Positions 40,930-55,392 of a stretch of DNA of 64,000 nucleotides are shown here, in pieces. This DNA is from Octopus vulgaris (taxonomy: Eukaryota). The DNA is taken from positions 97,092,001-97,156,000 of the forward strand of contig OX597814.1 in NCBI GenBank assembly GCA_951406725.2. Direction: 5' to 3'. The notes beneath the pieces are model-generated. The model did not search any database and had not been told where the DNA came from. It saw only the letters and a list, made by a program, of their open reading frames with translations. A program made the position numbers and the translations under genes. Numbering within the stretch: the stretch's first letter is position 1; each line of letters opens with the position of its first letter.

Positions 40930-43900
40930 CTGTAAATAACAACAAATAAATAAAAAAAGATAAATAGAAAAATTAATAAATAAAAAGATTAAAAGAAACA
41001 GTTAACTATTTATAATATTACCACATCTGATGGCATAAAAGATGCCTGGACTTATTAGAAGAACCCCAATTTCAGCAGCACATATTCAGGGAAAAAAAAG
41101 TTTTAGTGCATTAAAGCATGCATTATAGACCCAACTTCATGTATAGAACCCAGAGTGATTTTTTTCCCTTTGACATAAAAAAAAAAAAAATGCATCTTAT
41201 ATGCCATCAAATATGCAATGTTTGTGTGTGTGTGTGTGTGTGTGTCATGTTCTTGCACAAAATAATGCACAAATAGGAAAAGGGGGGGAAAAAAAAGAGT
41301 ATATAACATATAGCTGAATTTTGTCCTGTTGATAAGCTGAAAAATTTTTACTGCTATTTGAGGTCACAGTTAGCAAATATCTTTAGACTCTCCCGAGCTA
41401 GTTTCTATTGACAACCATCCCTCATTCTTACTATGAACCTGCTCACCTATGTTTATATCCATCTCTCCCCCCTCTCCCCACTCAAATGAAATCCTTAACT
41501 CCCTATCATTCATACCTCCATCAATCTCCTATCTACTGTATTATTCTGTGGCTGTCAGTAATGTTACCTTATATTATATTACCATTTCTGAACTGCCAGC
41601 TCTTGAGAGCTACTCTCAATTAACATCCAGCCCTCATTCTTATGATTGTAATCTCAACTCATATTTACCCTACCCCTTTGTTCACCTTCCACTACATTCA
41701 TCCCCTATATACATCTGGCTACCTCCATCTCTTACACTCCTCCAACACTCTTGCAACCATATCACACTGCCTGATTCTTCTTTATCTATACTCTCTTCTA
41801 CTAAATTTCTTGGACATATTGCTTTAAGAATACATTCTGACATCTCATTACTGTCATATTTACTCTTTTTCTCAGGTACTACTCCAGCTACTCCCACATT
41901 TGCCTATGTAACATGCAAGATTGTTATGAATCTCTTCTTGTCCTTACTCTACCTATCATATTTTAATCGGTCAATGCCTTGCATAAAGCAATGACCTTAT
42001 CTCCTATCTTCCCTTTCAGTCAAGAAGGCTCTTTAGTCTTGTGAGTTACAAGGTGACCTCACTGGGGCCAGTACTAAGAGAGGGGAAGCACTCACTATAC
42101 CCTGGCATTAGGAAAGACATCTAGTCATGGAAATCATGTCAAAACTGAGATACTGGAGCAAGACATGGTCCTTCAACCCATTGCATTGAGTCTATCAAAA
42201 TATTCAATGCATGCATTTTGGAAAATAGTCACAAGAATCATGATTGTGTGTGTGTGTGTATGTATTGTAACGAATGGAAAAATTATATTCAGATAATTTC
42301 TCATTTGTACAACATGAATTAGAACACTGCTCTCTGGTTTTGCAAGTGAAAACAGAAAAAAATTTCTTTGGTGTCATGTGACTGTTTAAGGTGTAGGCGG
42401 TATGATTTTGGCGCACTTTTATAGTGTGGTTGTAGTATAAAGACTACAATTGCCCACGTGGTGAGTTACTTCATGCTGGAAGATGATGTGCAACAGGATG
42501 AAAGCTGACATGAGCAGTTTTTTATGTAATAGCCAGTGCCACATGATTGATGTGCAAAATGGTGCAATTCACGTGGAACAGTTGACACAGTATTAGGTGT
42601 TGAGTATGAAGTTGGTTTTGGTGGTTAATATGAATAGTGGAAGGTTTTGAACTGGCTGCGAAAATAGTGAACTTGGCAACATAAGGAAGGTGGAATGGTA
42701 CAGTAAATTCAGAAGTAACAAGAGTTCATTCAGAAAAAAAAAAAAGAGATAAAAAAAGATAGAAAATAAATCATTAGATTGGTGAATAAAAGAAGAGCTC
42801 ACCAAAAGAAGTCTACACATTTCAGAGGTAAATGAAAGAACTCTTTAAAGAACTGGCTATTTATTCCATAAATGTTAATGGCCTCTTAATTAAAGTTCTT
42901 GTATATTGGTTATACTCAATGGTTTTGTTTGTTATTTTCAACTCTCCTGATTTCTTTGACTACTGCATCTTCTGCTCTAAGAAAGTTGGTTTGTTGAGCT
43001 TACCTATGCGGTCTTCTGAGCTATTGGACATACATTGCTGTATTGTACATGGTTTCGGGAGGCTGCGTGCAGTGTAACAATATATATAAATTACACTATC
43101 TTTTAAATACTATAAAGTGAAAATGTACTACAGTTTTTGTTTTCAAAGTTATGAAATTTCTGTATAACAGACAGTTTATATAGCAAAGAGACATATTTGA
43201 TATATCTGAACAAGCAAAGCATAGTAATACGAGGAAGAAAGGAGTTTGTATGTTTTTCAAAGCTGCTGCTAGCAGCTGTTATTAATCAGTCAAGTACTGG
43301 GGTTAATATAATTGACTAAACCTCTCACTCAAAACTGTTAGCCTTGTACTTAAATTTACTACTACTACTACTAATACTACTAATAGGCAAGCTGGTAGAA
43401 TTGTTAGGGCATCAGTAAATTACTTAGTATTTTATCTGGGTCTTTAGACTCTAAGTTCAAATCCCATCAAAGTCAACTTTGCCTTTCATCCATTCAGGGT
43501 CAATATAACAAGTACCATTTGAGCACTAGAGTGGAGTTAATTGACTAGCCCCACTCCCTATTATTATTATTTAGAGTGGTGGATAGGCAAAATGATTAGG
43601 GCATTGGAGAAAATGCCTTGCAGCATTTGTTCTCAGTTCAAATCTTGCCCAAATCAACTTAGCCTTTTATCTTTTGGAATTGATAAAACAATTACCAGTT
43701 AAGTTCTGTACCTCTTTTAGAAATCATTACTGTTACTATACAATAACTCTTACTGTGGTCCACTAACCATGCTAGAAACAGTGGCCAAATCCCCCTTAAA
43801 TTACACCTGTCTATCTTAAAAAGAAAAGGACACTATCTGAAAATAAAGTGAGCTAATCATAGCTGGAACATTTTGTTCATAAGTCTGCTTCATAAAGACT

Positions 43901-44835
43901 ATACAAGAAATAAAAACAACATACACATGGTTCTAATTAGATCTTAAGGCTATCACTGAAATATTGAACTCAACCCTGCGCATATCAGTATTCTGGTGCA
44001 ACAATGGCTTAATGCATTGAACTGCATTTACTAACAGATAGCTATTCAGAGTCCTTACCAGATATCATCAGAGAGACCAGCCCATTAATGTGCTAAGTTT
44101 TGTGTAGGACAGGAAGGCATGGAAGTTCATGATTGCTAACATCTGAAGCCATGGGAGGTAGGGAGAGAGAGAGAGAGATCTATTTACAGCTAGGTTGACT
44201 TGCCAGTTGTGTGTTAAGTGCCTAAGCCACAATCGGGGCAGTAACCAGTCAAAAGATAAATACACTGAAACCTTTAGCTGGTAACCTGGCATCTTATCAA
44301 ATTGGCTAGTTTGCAAACATTGTGTATGTATGTGTGCATGGACATTGTTTTATTAAAAACCTTGTCAATTTCATTATATATTAGGTTCAAATACACATGT
44401 ATGTATATGCGCACACACACACACACATATATATATTATATATACATAGCCACAGTCTTATCAAAATAGTAACCTAGATTGATCACCTTTTCTTTACTAC
44501 TTATAAAGTAGAATAGAATTAATTTGTTTACAAACTGAAATAGAATAAATAGAACAACCTAAGGCAAAGATTGATTGAAATCCCTATATGTATGTAGGTG
44601 TCTGTAATACTCTCATTTATAGAGAACAGAGTGTAGAGCATAGATGAAAAATGAATTCATGCAGCACTGAATATAGTACACCTGTTGATCGTAAACACAG
44701 TGGGTGGTAGTTCCAACACTGACACTATGAAACAAAACATATTTCCCAGAAACATTGTTTTAAATATGCAGGTGAAAATTCATATGTCAACACTGACTTC
44801 AGGAGCTTTCATGTATATTTACATATGTTTGTGCA

Positions 44836-44872
<37 letters not shown>

Positions 44873-44900
44873 CACACACACATATATATATATATGTATA

Positions 44901-45264
44901 TAAATTAGAGAAGAGCCACCATGAAGCAATTCAACAATGATATACTGAAATCATACCATATAGAAAAAAATTAAAGATATGATAAAACATTTACCTAGAA
45001 CTAAATAAGGTACTAAATAATAAATAAATAGTATATAGTTAGTAAATAAACTACACATGTTTCGTGGCTATATTTTCAAATTGATAACAATAAAATCAAT
45101 TCAATTTAAATATAGTCACTCATCAGGTCTAAGATAAAAACAATAAAATAATTAAATAAATGTACGTATATTATCTTATAAGAAAAGATAAATATATATA
45201 TAAATACGTAATATATATATATATATATAAGTGAAAACTACCAGTATGTTACAGCTGGATTTAC

Positions 45265-45270
<6 letters not shown>
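44901..45270 (-). mobile_element. Penelope-like terminal-repeat remnant containing a hammerhead motif
   Basis: Hammerhead core present; end sequence taaattaga...caattcaacaatga is shared with 13521-13553; embedded in (TA)n. Confidence 0.55.
45047..45131 (-). ncRNA. Minimal type-I hammerhead ribozyme motif
   Basis: UAGAC-CUGAUGA-[stem II GUGACUAUAUUU...AAAUAUAGCCAC]-GAAA-C-AUGU-G-UA^GUUUA; all core positions canonical. Confidence 0.75.
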
Positions 45271-45314
<44 letters not shown>

Positions 45315-45369
45315 GCATATAAGAAGTGTAGCTGCAAATGCTGACGTTAGTGAAAGCACCATTTTCAAA

Positions 45370-46557
45370 TACAAAGGCTGTACCAAAAATAATGTAAAAA
45401 TGGGCTATAAATTTATTATTAAAAAATATAGATCACTCAAACTGAACATGTTTGCAGAGTAACTTTTCCTCCTGTTCTTCATTGCATGCAAATAATGGAT
45501 TCCAGGCAGAATTCCAGGCAATGTGCTATTACTAAATTCTTGATGAAGGAAGAACTTTGGTCGTTCAATGTCTGAAGAAAGTTACAAGTTAGTTAAAGGA
45601 GATGACACCACTGACAAGAGTAGTGTGCACAGAGATGGATGAAGTTTAAAGAAGGGGAAGCCAAGCATGTAGTTGGAAACCATCAATTGCAATCACTAAC
45701 ATGAATCGCTAGTGAGTGAATGAACTGATTCATGCAGACAGACACATCACAGTTCATGAGCTTATTGCACAACTGGATTGTAGTCACAATGCATTAGAGA
45801 AGGTGGTGGAAGACTTTTGAGTATTAGAAATTATGTGCAAAGTGGGTACCTCAACAGCTGACATCCGATTTGAAGGAGAGAAGGATGGAAGTCGGTGCTG
45901 ATTTGGAAGACATTTTATTCCAATCTGGTGACAGGAGATGAGATCAGGGTGCATCTTTGTGATTCAGAAACAAAGACTCAGTTCATGGAATGGTATCACA
46001 CCTCCAAGACCTATACAGGTTCAAGACCTAGTATTCAACACAGAAAATCATGGTTTCTGTTTTGGGGGATGATGAAAGCATTCTCCTTGATTTTCTGGAA
46101 TGTGGCTATACTGTTAACTGTGAGAGGTACACTGAGACAGTTAAAAAATGATCTAGATGTACAAAATGTGTGCAAGCACGCACATCTTTGGCAACAAATT
46201 GGACAATCAGTAAATTGGGCTAGATCACTGGTCACCTGTCCACAATACATTCGGATCTGGTGCTCACTGATTTCCACCTATTCAGTCCAATGAAGTATAG
46301 CCTTCAAGGACAACAATTGAGTGAGACAGTGAAAATGGCTGAGAAAAAGTGGATAAAAACAGTGCATAACTGAATTTTTTCAAAGAGGATTCAAACTTTG
46401 TTTTCACAATGAGGCAAATGCATTGCTTATGATGGAGTCTATGTTGAGGTTAACCAATGTATAGAGAAAGAGTTATTCTATAAACATGTGTAATTTTAAC
46501 AACCTATATCAGTTAAAAAAAAGTTATGTCCACATTTGCATTATTTTTGATAGAATC
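45370..46557 (+). mobile_element. Degenerate near-full-length mariner
   Basis: KLCAKWVPQQLT, LVTGDE...ETKTQFMEW and DLVLTDFHLF remnants; degenerate TIRs (caaaaataatg.aaa..tgg). Confidence 0.85.
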
Positions 46558-48709
46558 AACATAGCTTAACAGATGAAGGGTACATTGAAAGCCTGTAAAA
46601 TATCCTTGCAATAGGGCTTAAAACAATTTCAGTTACAGAAAATAAACCATGTCATTTAAATCATAAGGGATGTCTGTAGAGTTTTTTCCTCTATTTTTTA
46701 TTTTCCTTATATAATTCTAAGCTGACCTCAACCCAGTCAACAGAGGGGAAAGATAAATAAAAAGTTAATTTATGGTTGTCGACACTAGTTTAATTTAGAA
46801 CAGCTGTTCAATTCTAAGTGCTAAAATATGAGAGAATATAATTTTTCCAAAGAATTGTGAGATAAAATTGCTGAATTTACTAAAGAAATTTTATAATAAG
46901 AGTATAAGTTGTTTTAGAATGAAGAACAGTCCCACCAATGAAACTAACAGTGTTTAGAGATTTCCTGATTATTTATTACTAATTCTTTTATGTGAAAAAA
47001 AAAAAAAAAACACAAAGAGAATATTACTAAGGAAACAGGAAACTTGAAAATTTCTTACAAAACATGATTGCTATGGAGCAACCCATGCTAGCATGGAAAA
47101 CTGACGTGAAACAATGATGATGTGTTGAGTGTGTAAATTCACAGGAAATATTGGGGTAGTTATAAAGGTTAGGTGAACAGATTGATTTTTGTTCAATAAA
47201 TAAATAAAAGTTTTCTTATTTATGCTTGCAATTTTTCTCAATGCCCATATGTCAATAACATATGAGAAAAAGCCTCTAAGTGGTCAGGTCATTTGATTTG
47301 CTAGAAAAAGCAGCTAAATCTCACTCAAATCACATCATACTCTGTTAAAAAAAGGAAATGAGCATCATCGTCATAAAAGTGAAGTTGCACATTTCCATTC
47401 TGCCCTGGAAATCATATCTAATTGCAAGAAAATTATTTTCTTGCTTGGAAACAGGTGAGGGTTGGCGACAGTAAGAACATTTGGCCATAGGAAATCTACT
47501 TCAAACAAATTCCATCTAACCAATGCAAACATGGAAAAAAAGGATATTAAATGACAAACATGATATTCAATAAAGTTATACAGATACATGGTGACTGAGT
47601 GAAAAGAAAATGGGATGGTCAAAGCTGGGGTTAACTAAAGGTCTGCTCAATTAGAATTAGAATTATATTTTTCCTACAGCTTAGTTGAAAGGGGAAGAAC
47701 AATGCTCATGACAATTTTACAGGTCCTTTGAGACTGAGACTGGTACAAAGAAGAAAAGAGATATCCTCAAGCCAGAGAGCTGACCTGGATAATTGCTACA
47801 GAGGAAGATTCACATAAAGCACTCAGAAGTTAGATGGGTGGTGTTACATCAGGTGATAGGTTAAGTCTACTTATCTAAAAACAGAAACAGTCCCTTCGAC
47901 AAACTCCCACACAATTTCCATCTTCCAAATTTCACACACAAGGCTTTGATTGACTGAAGTTATGGTAGGAGACACTTGGCCATGGTTCAGTGCGGTGGGA
48001 ATAAACCTGGAACTATCTACTTGGAAAGCAAACTTCTTAACCTCACAGCCATACGTGTAAATCCGGGGTTAAACAACAGCTGAAGTGAACACCACATGTA
48101 GACACCAGATATTACTTGTATGAACTACAGTGGATCTTGTAGGCTTTTTCTTGATAATTAGCTGCAGATATTAGGGTAATGTTTTTTCCTCTATGGAAAC
48201 TGTTTCATTTCTCTCTTTTGCCACTCCTTCAAATAATATTAATAAATAGGCACTGCATGGCACCTTGGAAAAGTGTCTTTTACTAAAGTCCCAGGTCAAC
48301 CAAAACATTGTAAGGAGACTTGGAAGACAGAAACTAAGAGAAATCCATCATGTGTATTTGTGTGTGTGTGTGCGTGTGTTACTTTCACCTTTCCTTGATT
48401 TCATGTTGCAGTTGTATGTGAGTGTCACCATCATGCAAGCATTGTCATTCATTTCCAATACTCTACAGGAACATATCTGGTGGTAGGGAAATCTTACTTG
48501 GAAACAGGAAGAGCAATCATTTGGCAATCATTGAGGCAAAGATTTGCCTCAACAAATTCCATTTGATGTATTAAGCATGGAAAAGTAGACATTAAAATGA
48601 TGATGGCTTTTTTCAAATAATGGTAACCCACGATAGCAATAGGCTTTTGGAAGTAAACATTTTCCCTCCTCCTCCTCCTACTACAACTACAACTACTACT
48701 GTTATTATT

Positions 48710-49791
48710 ATAATAATTCTGCTTGTCATTATGTTACATAGCCCGTCAACACTTTCGCATGATTAGAGAAAAAGAGGGAGAGAAAAAAGAGAGTGAGAGA
48801 AGTGCTCATGATGTGAGGAACATAATTGTAACACTTTCACATGATTAGTTGAAGGGAAAGAGAGAACAAGAGAAAGAAAAAGAGGATAAGGTGAAGAGTG
48901 AGGCAGAAAGAGAGGGAAAAAAAAAGAGAGAAAAGTGTCCATGACATGTGGTGGGGGAACGTAATACTTATTATGTGGTTAACAAAAATTAGTTGAATGT
49001 AGTGATATTGAGGAGAGTTAGGAATATAATTTTAGCAGAGGGGTGATGTTCTGATGGTGAAATTAAAGAAAGGCAATGAGAGATGATGGTGGTGGTGGAA
49101 ATGGTGAGTGCATATTGAAAAGTAATTTTTTAAAAATTGAACTGTTTTATATCACCTATCACTTAATGCATATGCATCTCAAACTTGCCATTCACATAAA
49201 TAAACCAGTTTCCCATTAGCCTGTCATATGCAATGACTATCAATAAAGCACAAGGGCAGACATTTGATAAAGTGGATCTGTTCTTGCTTGAACCTGTATT
49301 CGGCCATGGTCAGCTACATGTTGCAATTTCAAGGATTTGCAAATTATCTGATGTTAGAGTTAAAGTTATCAACACTGACAAACAAGGGAAAAGAAGAGGG
49401 AGAACTGACATGAAGAACACAGTCTGCAAAGAAGTATTGGATTGAAAAGTGTATGCAAATTGAAATGTGTATTGGGTCTGACCTTGGCTTATAAGTTACA
49501 AACAATGTGGTTTTTAGAATTTGCCATGTTGCATTAAATTTTTACCCCATGAAATTGTGACCCCTATATTTTACATATAAAATAATTTTCTTTAATATAT
49601 AAAGTATATATATAATGTATTAACTAATCATTGTATTCCAATTTCCTTCACTTTTCAATGAATAGCAAATGAGCGACTATCTTCTGATAGACACAACACA
49701 GGCTACACTTTCAGGGATTTTGGATAAAGTTTACAGGAATAACCCAATAGGTTTACTATTAATTCTGTGAAATATTCACGGGTCCTGGTAG
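48710..49791 (+). mobile_element. Deleted Helitron retaining the PIF1-helicase C-terminus
   Basis: [23 protein letters not shown]...[13 protein letters not shown] at 49206-49445; 3' hairpin ctgtgaa-ata-ttcacgg, then GTAG|T; 5' boundary approximate. Confidence 0.8.
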
Positions 49792-49811
49792 TTATTATTA
49801 TTATCATCAAG

Positions 49812-50700
49812 AGGGTAGTGCATTGGCAGAGTCATTGAAGTGTCAGACAAAATGCTTTGTCATATATGCTCTGGCTCTTTAAATTTTGAGTTCCAACTTT
49901 GCCTTTCATTCTTCCCATGTTGATAAAATAAAGTTACAACCAATGACTGGGTCAATATAATCAAGAAACCCTACCCACAAAATTTCTGGCTTTGTGTCTA
50001 GTGGAATGGCAGAATCACTAGAGCACTGGCTGAAATGTCTTAGACCCTGCCAAGGTCAACTTTGGCTTTAATCCTTCCAGGGTTGATAAAATAAAATGTC
50101 AGTCAATTACTAGAAATAGTTTGACTAACTCTCTCCCTCCAAAATTTACAGTTTCGTATCTATAATTAGAAACAATTGTGAAGGTAGAACAGCATTTTGT
50201 CTACTTTTACATCAAGTTTGAAGTTTGATCAAGAATCCTTATCATCATTGTTTAACATCCTCTTTCCATGCTGGCATGGGTTGAATGGTTTGACAGGAGC
50301 TGGCCAGGCAGAAGACTGCACCATACTTCTGTGTCTGTTTTGGCATGGTTTTCACAGCTGGATGCCATTCCTAACACCAACTACCCTGCAGAGTGGGCTG
50401 AATGCTGTTTATGTGGCACAAGTTCAGGCAAAGTCAGTTTTGACATGGTTTTTACAGCTGGATATTCTTCCAAATGCCAACCACGTTACAGTGTGGACTA
50501 GATGCTTTTAATGTGGCACTAGCATTGGCAGGGTCACCAAATGACTTGCAAGACAAGGAATCTTTCAGAGAGGAGGGGGCATTGGAGGAAGTGCTCTTGT
50601 GTTAGATGAAAAATTAGAGGGTGACAGAGAGACAGAGACAGATGTCTCGGTACATGGGTACCAAGCTAGAGAGAGAGAAGGAGAGAAAGAGAGATAGTTA
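49812..50700. mobile_element. Cluster: two plus-strand SINEs, then a minus-strand RTE-tail element
   Basis: Family cores as above; ggatgcc..tcctaac motif. Confidence 0.6.
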
Positions 50701-50858
50701 ACAAGAAAGAGGGCAAAATAGGTGTGCTGTTGTAAAGGAGATACATGGTTACCTAGCCAGAAAGAAGAGCAAGAGAAGGAGAGAGAGAGTGATCAAGAAT
50801 GAGGGCAGAAATAGAATCTGAAAAAAAAAAATCCAAGTAAAAATGTCAATAAATGTAC

Positions 50859-51708
50859 CTTGTTGGAAAGACTGTTCTAATATTTTGTGATAATCTGTAC
50901 AATAAATAGGGAAACTGGCAAATTCAACGAGTAGACGACATGCCCATGTAAACGCCTCACAAAAATCTGAATCTGATTTTACGGATATCTTCTGAGGTAA
51001 TCTGCTTTCCATACTTTGCTTGCGTAAAGTTTCATCTTGGCTGTAGACAGAAGAGGAACTACCAATCACAGAATCTTTATCTGAACAGCGTATTGAATCC
51101 ACAGGTAAAGTGATCGAGTCTAGGAGATTGTTAACAGAAGTGTCTTCATTGAATATTCTATGAGATACAAAAGTATGAAAAAAATCTTGGAAACACTGAA
51201 CACAAGCTTGCATTAGAGTCAATGGAGCACTGACTATTTTGTCAGCAGATTTTATTGGAGAATTGGTCATCCTGTAGAATGTTGCCCTCAGATTTGCTAC
51301 ATGGTTTATAGGTGTACGTTCAGTCATCTCAATTTGTGAATTCTGAGTGACTGATTCAGTGTCACATTTTAGAATCTGAGGACTTGAAAGAGTTTCAAAA
51401 TCATTTAAGGCACCTGAATCAGTACTTTCAATAGTAAGATCTTCACTAGTTGAACTTGCTGAACTTTCTGATTTTTGTCTTTCATTTGAGTAGTTGTCCA
51501 CAGAAAATACATTATTTACAACCTCTTCTTGATCCCCAGTCTCAATGACTGTCATGGATGGTTGGGCACGAGTTAAAATTTTATCACACAACTTAAGACT
51601 ATACATTATCTGATTGCTATGTAGCTTATCACTGCAATGTATCAATGATGTTATCATTCTCCGAAGAAGATTTGGAAGAAACTCTGTCTGTGTTTCCAAA
51701 TATGTTTC
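50859..51708 (-). CDS. DOP1: Dopey exon (ETYLETQTEFLP...ACRLLVEFASFPIYC...)
   Basis: ttgcag|GAA acceptor, CAAG|gtacat donor; 850 nt, phase 0 to 1. Confidence 0.9.
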
Positions 51709-53693
51709 CTGCAAAATAAAATGTAAAAGTCATGAATAAAAAATAACAATAACAAAAGGCAATGTAATTATTCTAGCAAACAGTTTATAGGATTATTATC
51801 TGAGCAAAACCAATGATAAATTTATATTTTAGAGAAGAAAAAAAAAAAGACAAAACTCATAAAAAATATTTATCACTTATTCCAACAAAATCTCCAATCA
51901 GTATTATTCATGATTTTTTATATGTTGCCGTAAAAATGAAAAATAAAAAACTTTTTTCTAAACCTTTATCATTACTTGAACTTGTGAAAATTTTCTCAAT
52001 TCTAATTTTATTACTTACTATTCCACATTTGTAATTTTCAATGTAAGATTTGTATTCAGACACAAGATTTTCTCTTTCTACTACGTAATAATGTACTCAT
52101 AAAATTACATGGAAATTTGACATTAAGATAAACATATGTTACATAAATTATATAGATTATGTTCTAGAACCAAAAGAAACTATCTGGAAATAGATGTAAC
52201 AGATATTAATCATAATTTTGGGAAACACTGTACTGATAATACTGGAAAAGTAGACGAAAAAAATACCATTTGATTCTGATTAAGTAAGTCAATTATATTC
52301 GAATTCAAACTGCTTCCCAACTTAAATCACCAAAAGATTGTAGAGTTCTCTATGCTTTACTTATTCAGTCATTATATTTATATAAAAACACTGATGTTAA
52401 CATGGGAGAATTAATTGAATGTTTAGCTGTTGTTTCTATTTGTGTGTGTGTTTAATGGCTAAAGTAAAAAGAGAAAAGGTAGAGTCCATAGCCCTTTTCA
52501 AAACCTCTGTGACTGAGTAGGAGGAAGTTATCCTCAGACTGAAGACCTAACTAAAATGCTTGCAACTGAGTGGATCCAGTTAAATTAAATGTATCTATCT
52601 GGGCCATGATCGTGGCCCATCGCGCTTTATGTGTTAAGTATTTTAAATCACAAGACAACATTTAGTGACAATGAAAAGAAGGAGACCTCAGCTTAAGATC
52701 TCTTAAGCTGATGAATCAATTGATGAAAGAGATAAAGTGATTTGTAGCAAAATTAGTATAAGACACAATAAAGTTTGGTATAATGCAGCTTAAGTTTGTA
52801 CATGTGCAAGGAATCCCTTACATCATATATCTAGCAAAGCAATTGCAACAGATGTTGATAACCAAACCAAACTACATTGACAAAATAGAAAAAGCCTTTG
52901 CCAGGAGCCCACTTTCTATTGTCAAGCCCATGCTGAGTAAATTAGATATAGATAAATAGGTTAAATGGAGATGAACTGAAAGCTATATGCAAAACTTCTC
53001 AATATAAATTCCCTTCTTAGTTGGAGTAAACAAACTTCTAGTGGCAGTTGTTAATAAAGAAGATAATTCCAAGAAGTCTGCTCAACCTTTCTTTTCCATT
53101 CATTTTTTAATGCTAGCATGGATTAAACAAATATATTGTTGAAGTACTGTTTCACAAGCAGATGCCCTTCCTGTCTCTAGTCCTTACCCATTTTTCAAGT
53201 AAAGGGCATTTGCTTCATCTATCTACTTATAGCCTGATAGGGCAGCTTTTAAGCCACTGACTCCAAATGGGAAGATCTGCAAACAGATCTCTGACTTGAT
53301 TTGGAGAATTTGTTGCAATTGATTCCTCCAGAATCATATCTCAATGACGATCATATTCGTTGCAAAAAATCACGCAAGGAAAAAACCTCAAAATAATTGC
53401 TAGATTTTGCAATTAATTTCAATCATTCCCAAAGTTTATTTCCAAGTTATAAAAATTGTGATCATACAAAAAAATTTGTCACAAAAAATCACATAAAAAT
53501 CTGTTGTAAACAATCACAGTACAGAAAACTTGGGAATCCAAAATTTCAGGATTGCCGGTCCAGATTTGGGCCAGAATGCTTTCAATTTATTCACAGTGGT
53601 GGCCTAATTCCAAAATGGTATGATATGTTGGGCTACGACCTCTAGAAGTAAAGTAAAAAAGTGTGACACACTGACATTCGCATTTACCATATT

Positions 53694-53700
53694 ATATATA

Positions 53701-53756
<56 letters not shown>
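53694..53756. repeat. (TA)n microsatellite
   Basis: About 30 TA units. Confidence 0.97.
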
Positions 53757-53760
<4 letters not shown>

Positions 53761-53838
53761 AATTTGTGAGAACCTAGAAAATACAAAGTTTTAAGAAATT
53801 ACTTTTGAATAATATTTTAATAATATTGCTTTACTTAC

Positions 53839-54428
53839 TAATGAAATAATATCAAGAAGGAAGTTACACAATTCACAAAGTTCGATGAAATCAGGCATGT
53901 CAGAGGAAGATTCTAAATCAGAATGGTTAACTTTTGCTGTCTGAACCTGCATAGAACTCTTCTGGCAGGCCAATTCAAACATTCTTCCAATAAAATCCCA
54001 AATATAAAAAGGTTCAAAAGAGTTAAAAAGCAAATTAGCAGTCTTCAGAAGTTCAGTAATAACTTTCTCATCACGTTGTGGGGAAGCTGTCTTAGAATTT
54101 GATGAAGGAACTTTACACTCTTTATAAAGACTTCGGAAAATAGCCCATAGCACATTTTCTAAGATCACCGGTCCAATTTCAGGTTTATCCAAAAGACTGA
54201 TGAGAATTCGGAATGGCTGTAAAATGGAAGCTTTTGCAGATGACTCATCATTAGGATTATCTGGTGTGCAAGAACTTTCATAAAGTCGAGCTTTCAGAGC
54301 TAAGACAAGTAAGTCTTTTGAAAAAGTATGAAAGTAAGATTGGTCCTTTTCTCCTTCACTGGAAGCAGTATTATTCTCAACTGAATCATTAGACATAGTA
54401 GAGTGACGTTGCCGAGCATCAATTGCAC
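53839..54428 (-). CDS. DOP1: Dopey exon (...YFHTFSKDLLV...PFRILISLLDKPEIG...FLLDIISL)
   Basis: cattag|GT acceptor, TTA|gtaagt donor; 590 nt, phase 1 to 0. Confidence 0.94.
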
Positions 54429-54984
54429 CTAATGAGAAAAAAAAGGGAAGAAAAATATTCTAAAATACTATTAGGATATTTGTATTTAATTTGAATTAAC
54501 ATAAATAAAGATCAAGAAAAATGGAGGTTATGTTTTTGCTTTTCAGTCAATTCAAGTGGTTTACTCTTAAACTCAATTTGAAAAGTGATTTTATTTAATT
54601 TTTATTTTTATATATATTCTTAATAACTTGGAAATTTCTGAAAGTCAAATACTGCATATTTGGAAGAAAAAACCCCAAAAAACCCCAGTTATGGACCAAT
54701 GTTTTTAAATGTTGAAGTTACATACATCTGAACATTAAAATTTGGCTGGAGGGCAGGGGAAAGGAATATGTTTAATAATAGAAAAGACATCTCACCACTC
54801 TGAAATTATCACCCTTAGCGACTTCAACAGTCCCATCTCTTCTAGGTCCTCTCACCCCTTCTCACCTAGTGATTACACATTCTCTACTTATTAGAGACTG
54901 CATCACAAGGACTGGCTTTCCTCTTCAGAGTCAAAGTATGACAGCCCCTAGCACCTACTCCATCTCAATATTCAGTACCTGTTG

Positions 54985-55392
54985 AAATGTGGTGGCTTGT
55001 GTGTCTCCTGGGAGAGTCTCCCATATGGGGCAGATCAAAGGATAGAGGGCAGACTAATATAGACCACCTCTTCCTAGAGATGAAAATGGGTTTGCATAGG
55101 GCCAACACCCTTATCTTGCAAACAAAAAAAAAAAGCAAGTTACACATGGCAATTTAAAACCAATAAGACTTGGGAGGGGAAGGCCTTCCCTCAGGGAAAC
55201 ATATGACACAGTGCAGCAAAATCTCAAAGGATGCTATAAAAATAACTGGAAGTGGAATACTGAAGCAGAGCTGAAAAAGTAGTGTTCCAACTGGAGAGAA
55301 GCAGAAGGCAACCCAGAGTCAAGAAAAGTGGGGGAAAAAGCTGTTGATGGCTTATGCTCTATAGGAAGCAAAAGACTTCAGAAGAAGAAGAA
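54985..55392 (+). mobile_element. Short LINE-derived element with (GAA)n tail
   Basis: RTE-like end (...AVDGLCSIGS) followed by gaagaagaagaa. Confidence 0.5.

Noticed and set aside
41449-41994. 181-aa ORF (similarly 32860-33276 and 37452-37955)
   Set aside because: Low-complexity pyrimidine-rich repeat-derived sequence with no domain or splice-phase support.
52688-52733. CTGATGA-atcaattgat-GAAA hammerhead-like core overlapping an 11-bp-arm palindrome
   Set aside because: Only 3 nt lie between the putative cleavage site and CUGAUGA, so stem I cannot form; the palindrome also sequesters the core. Probably chance.
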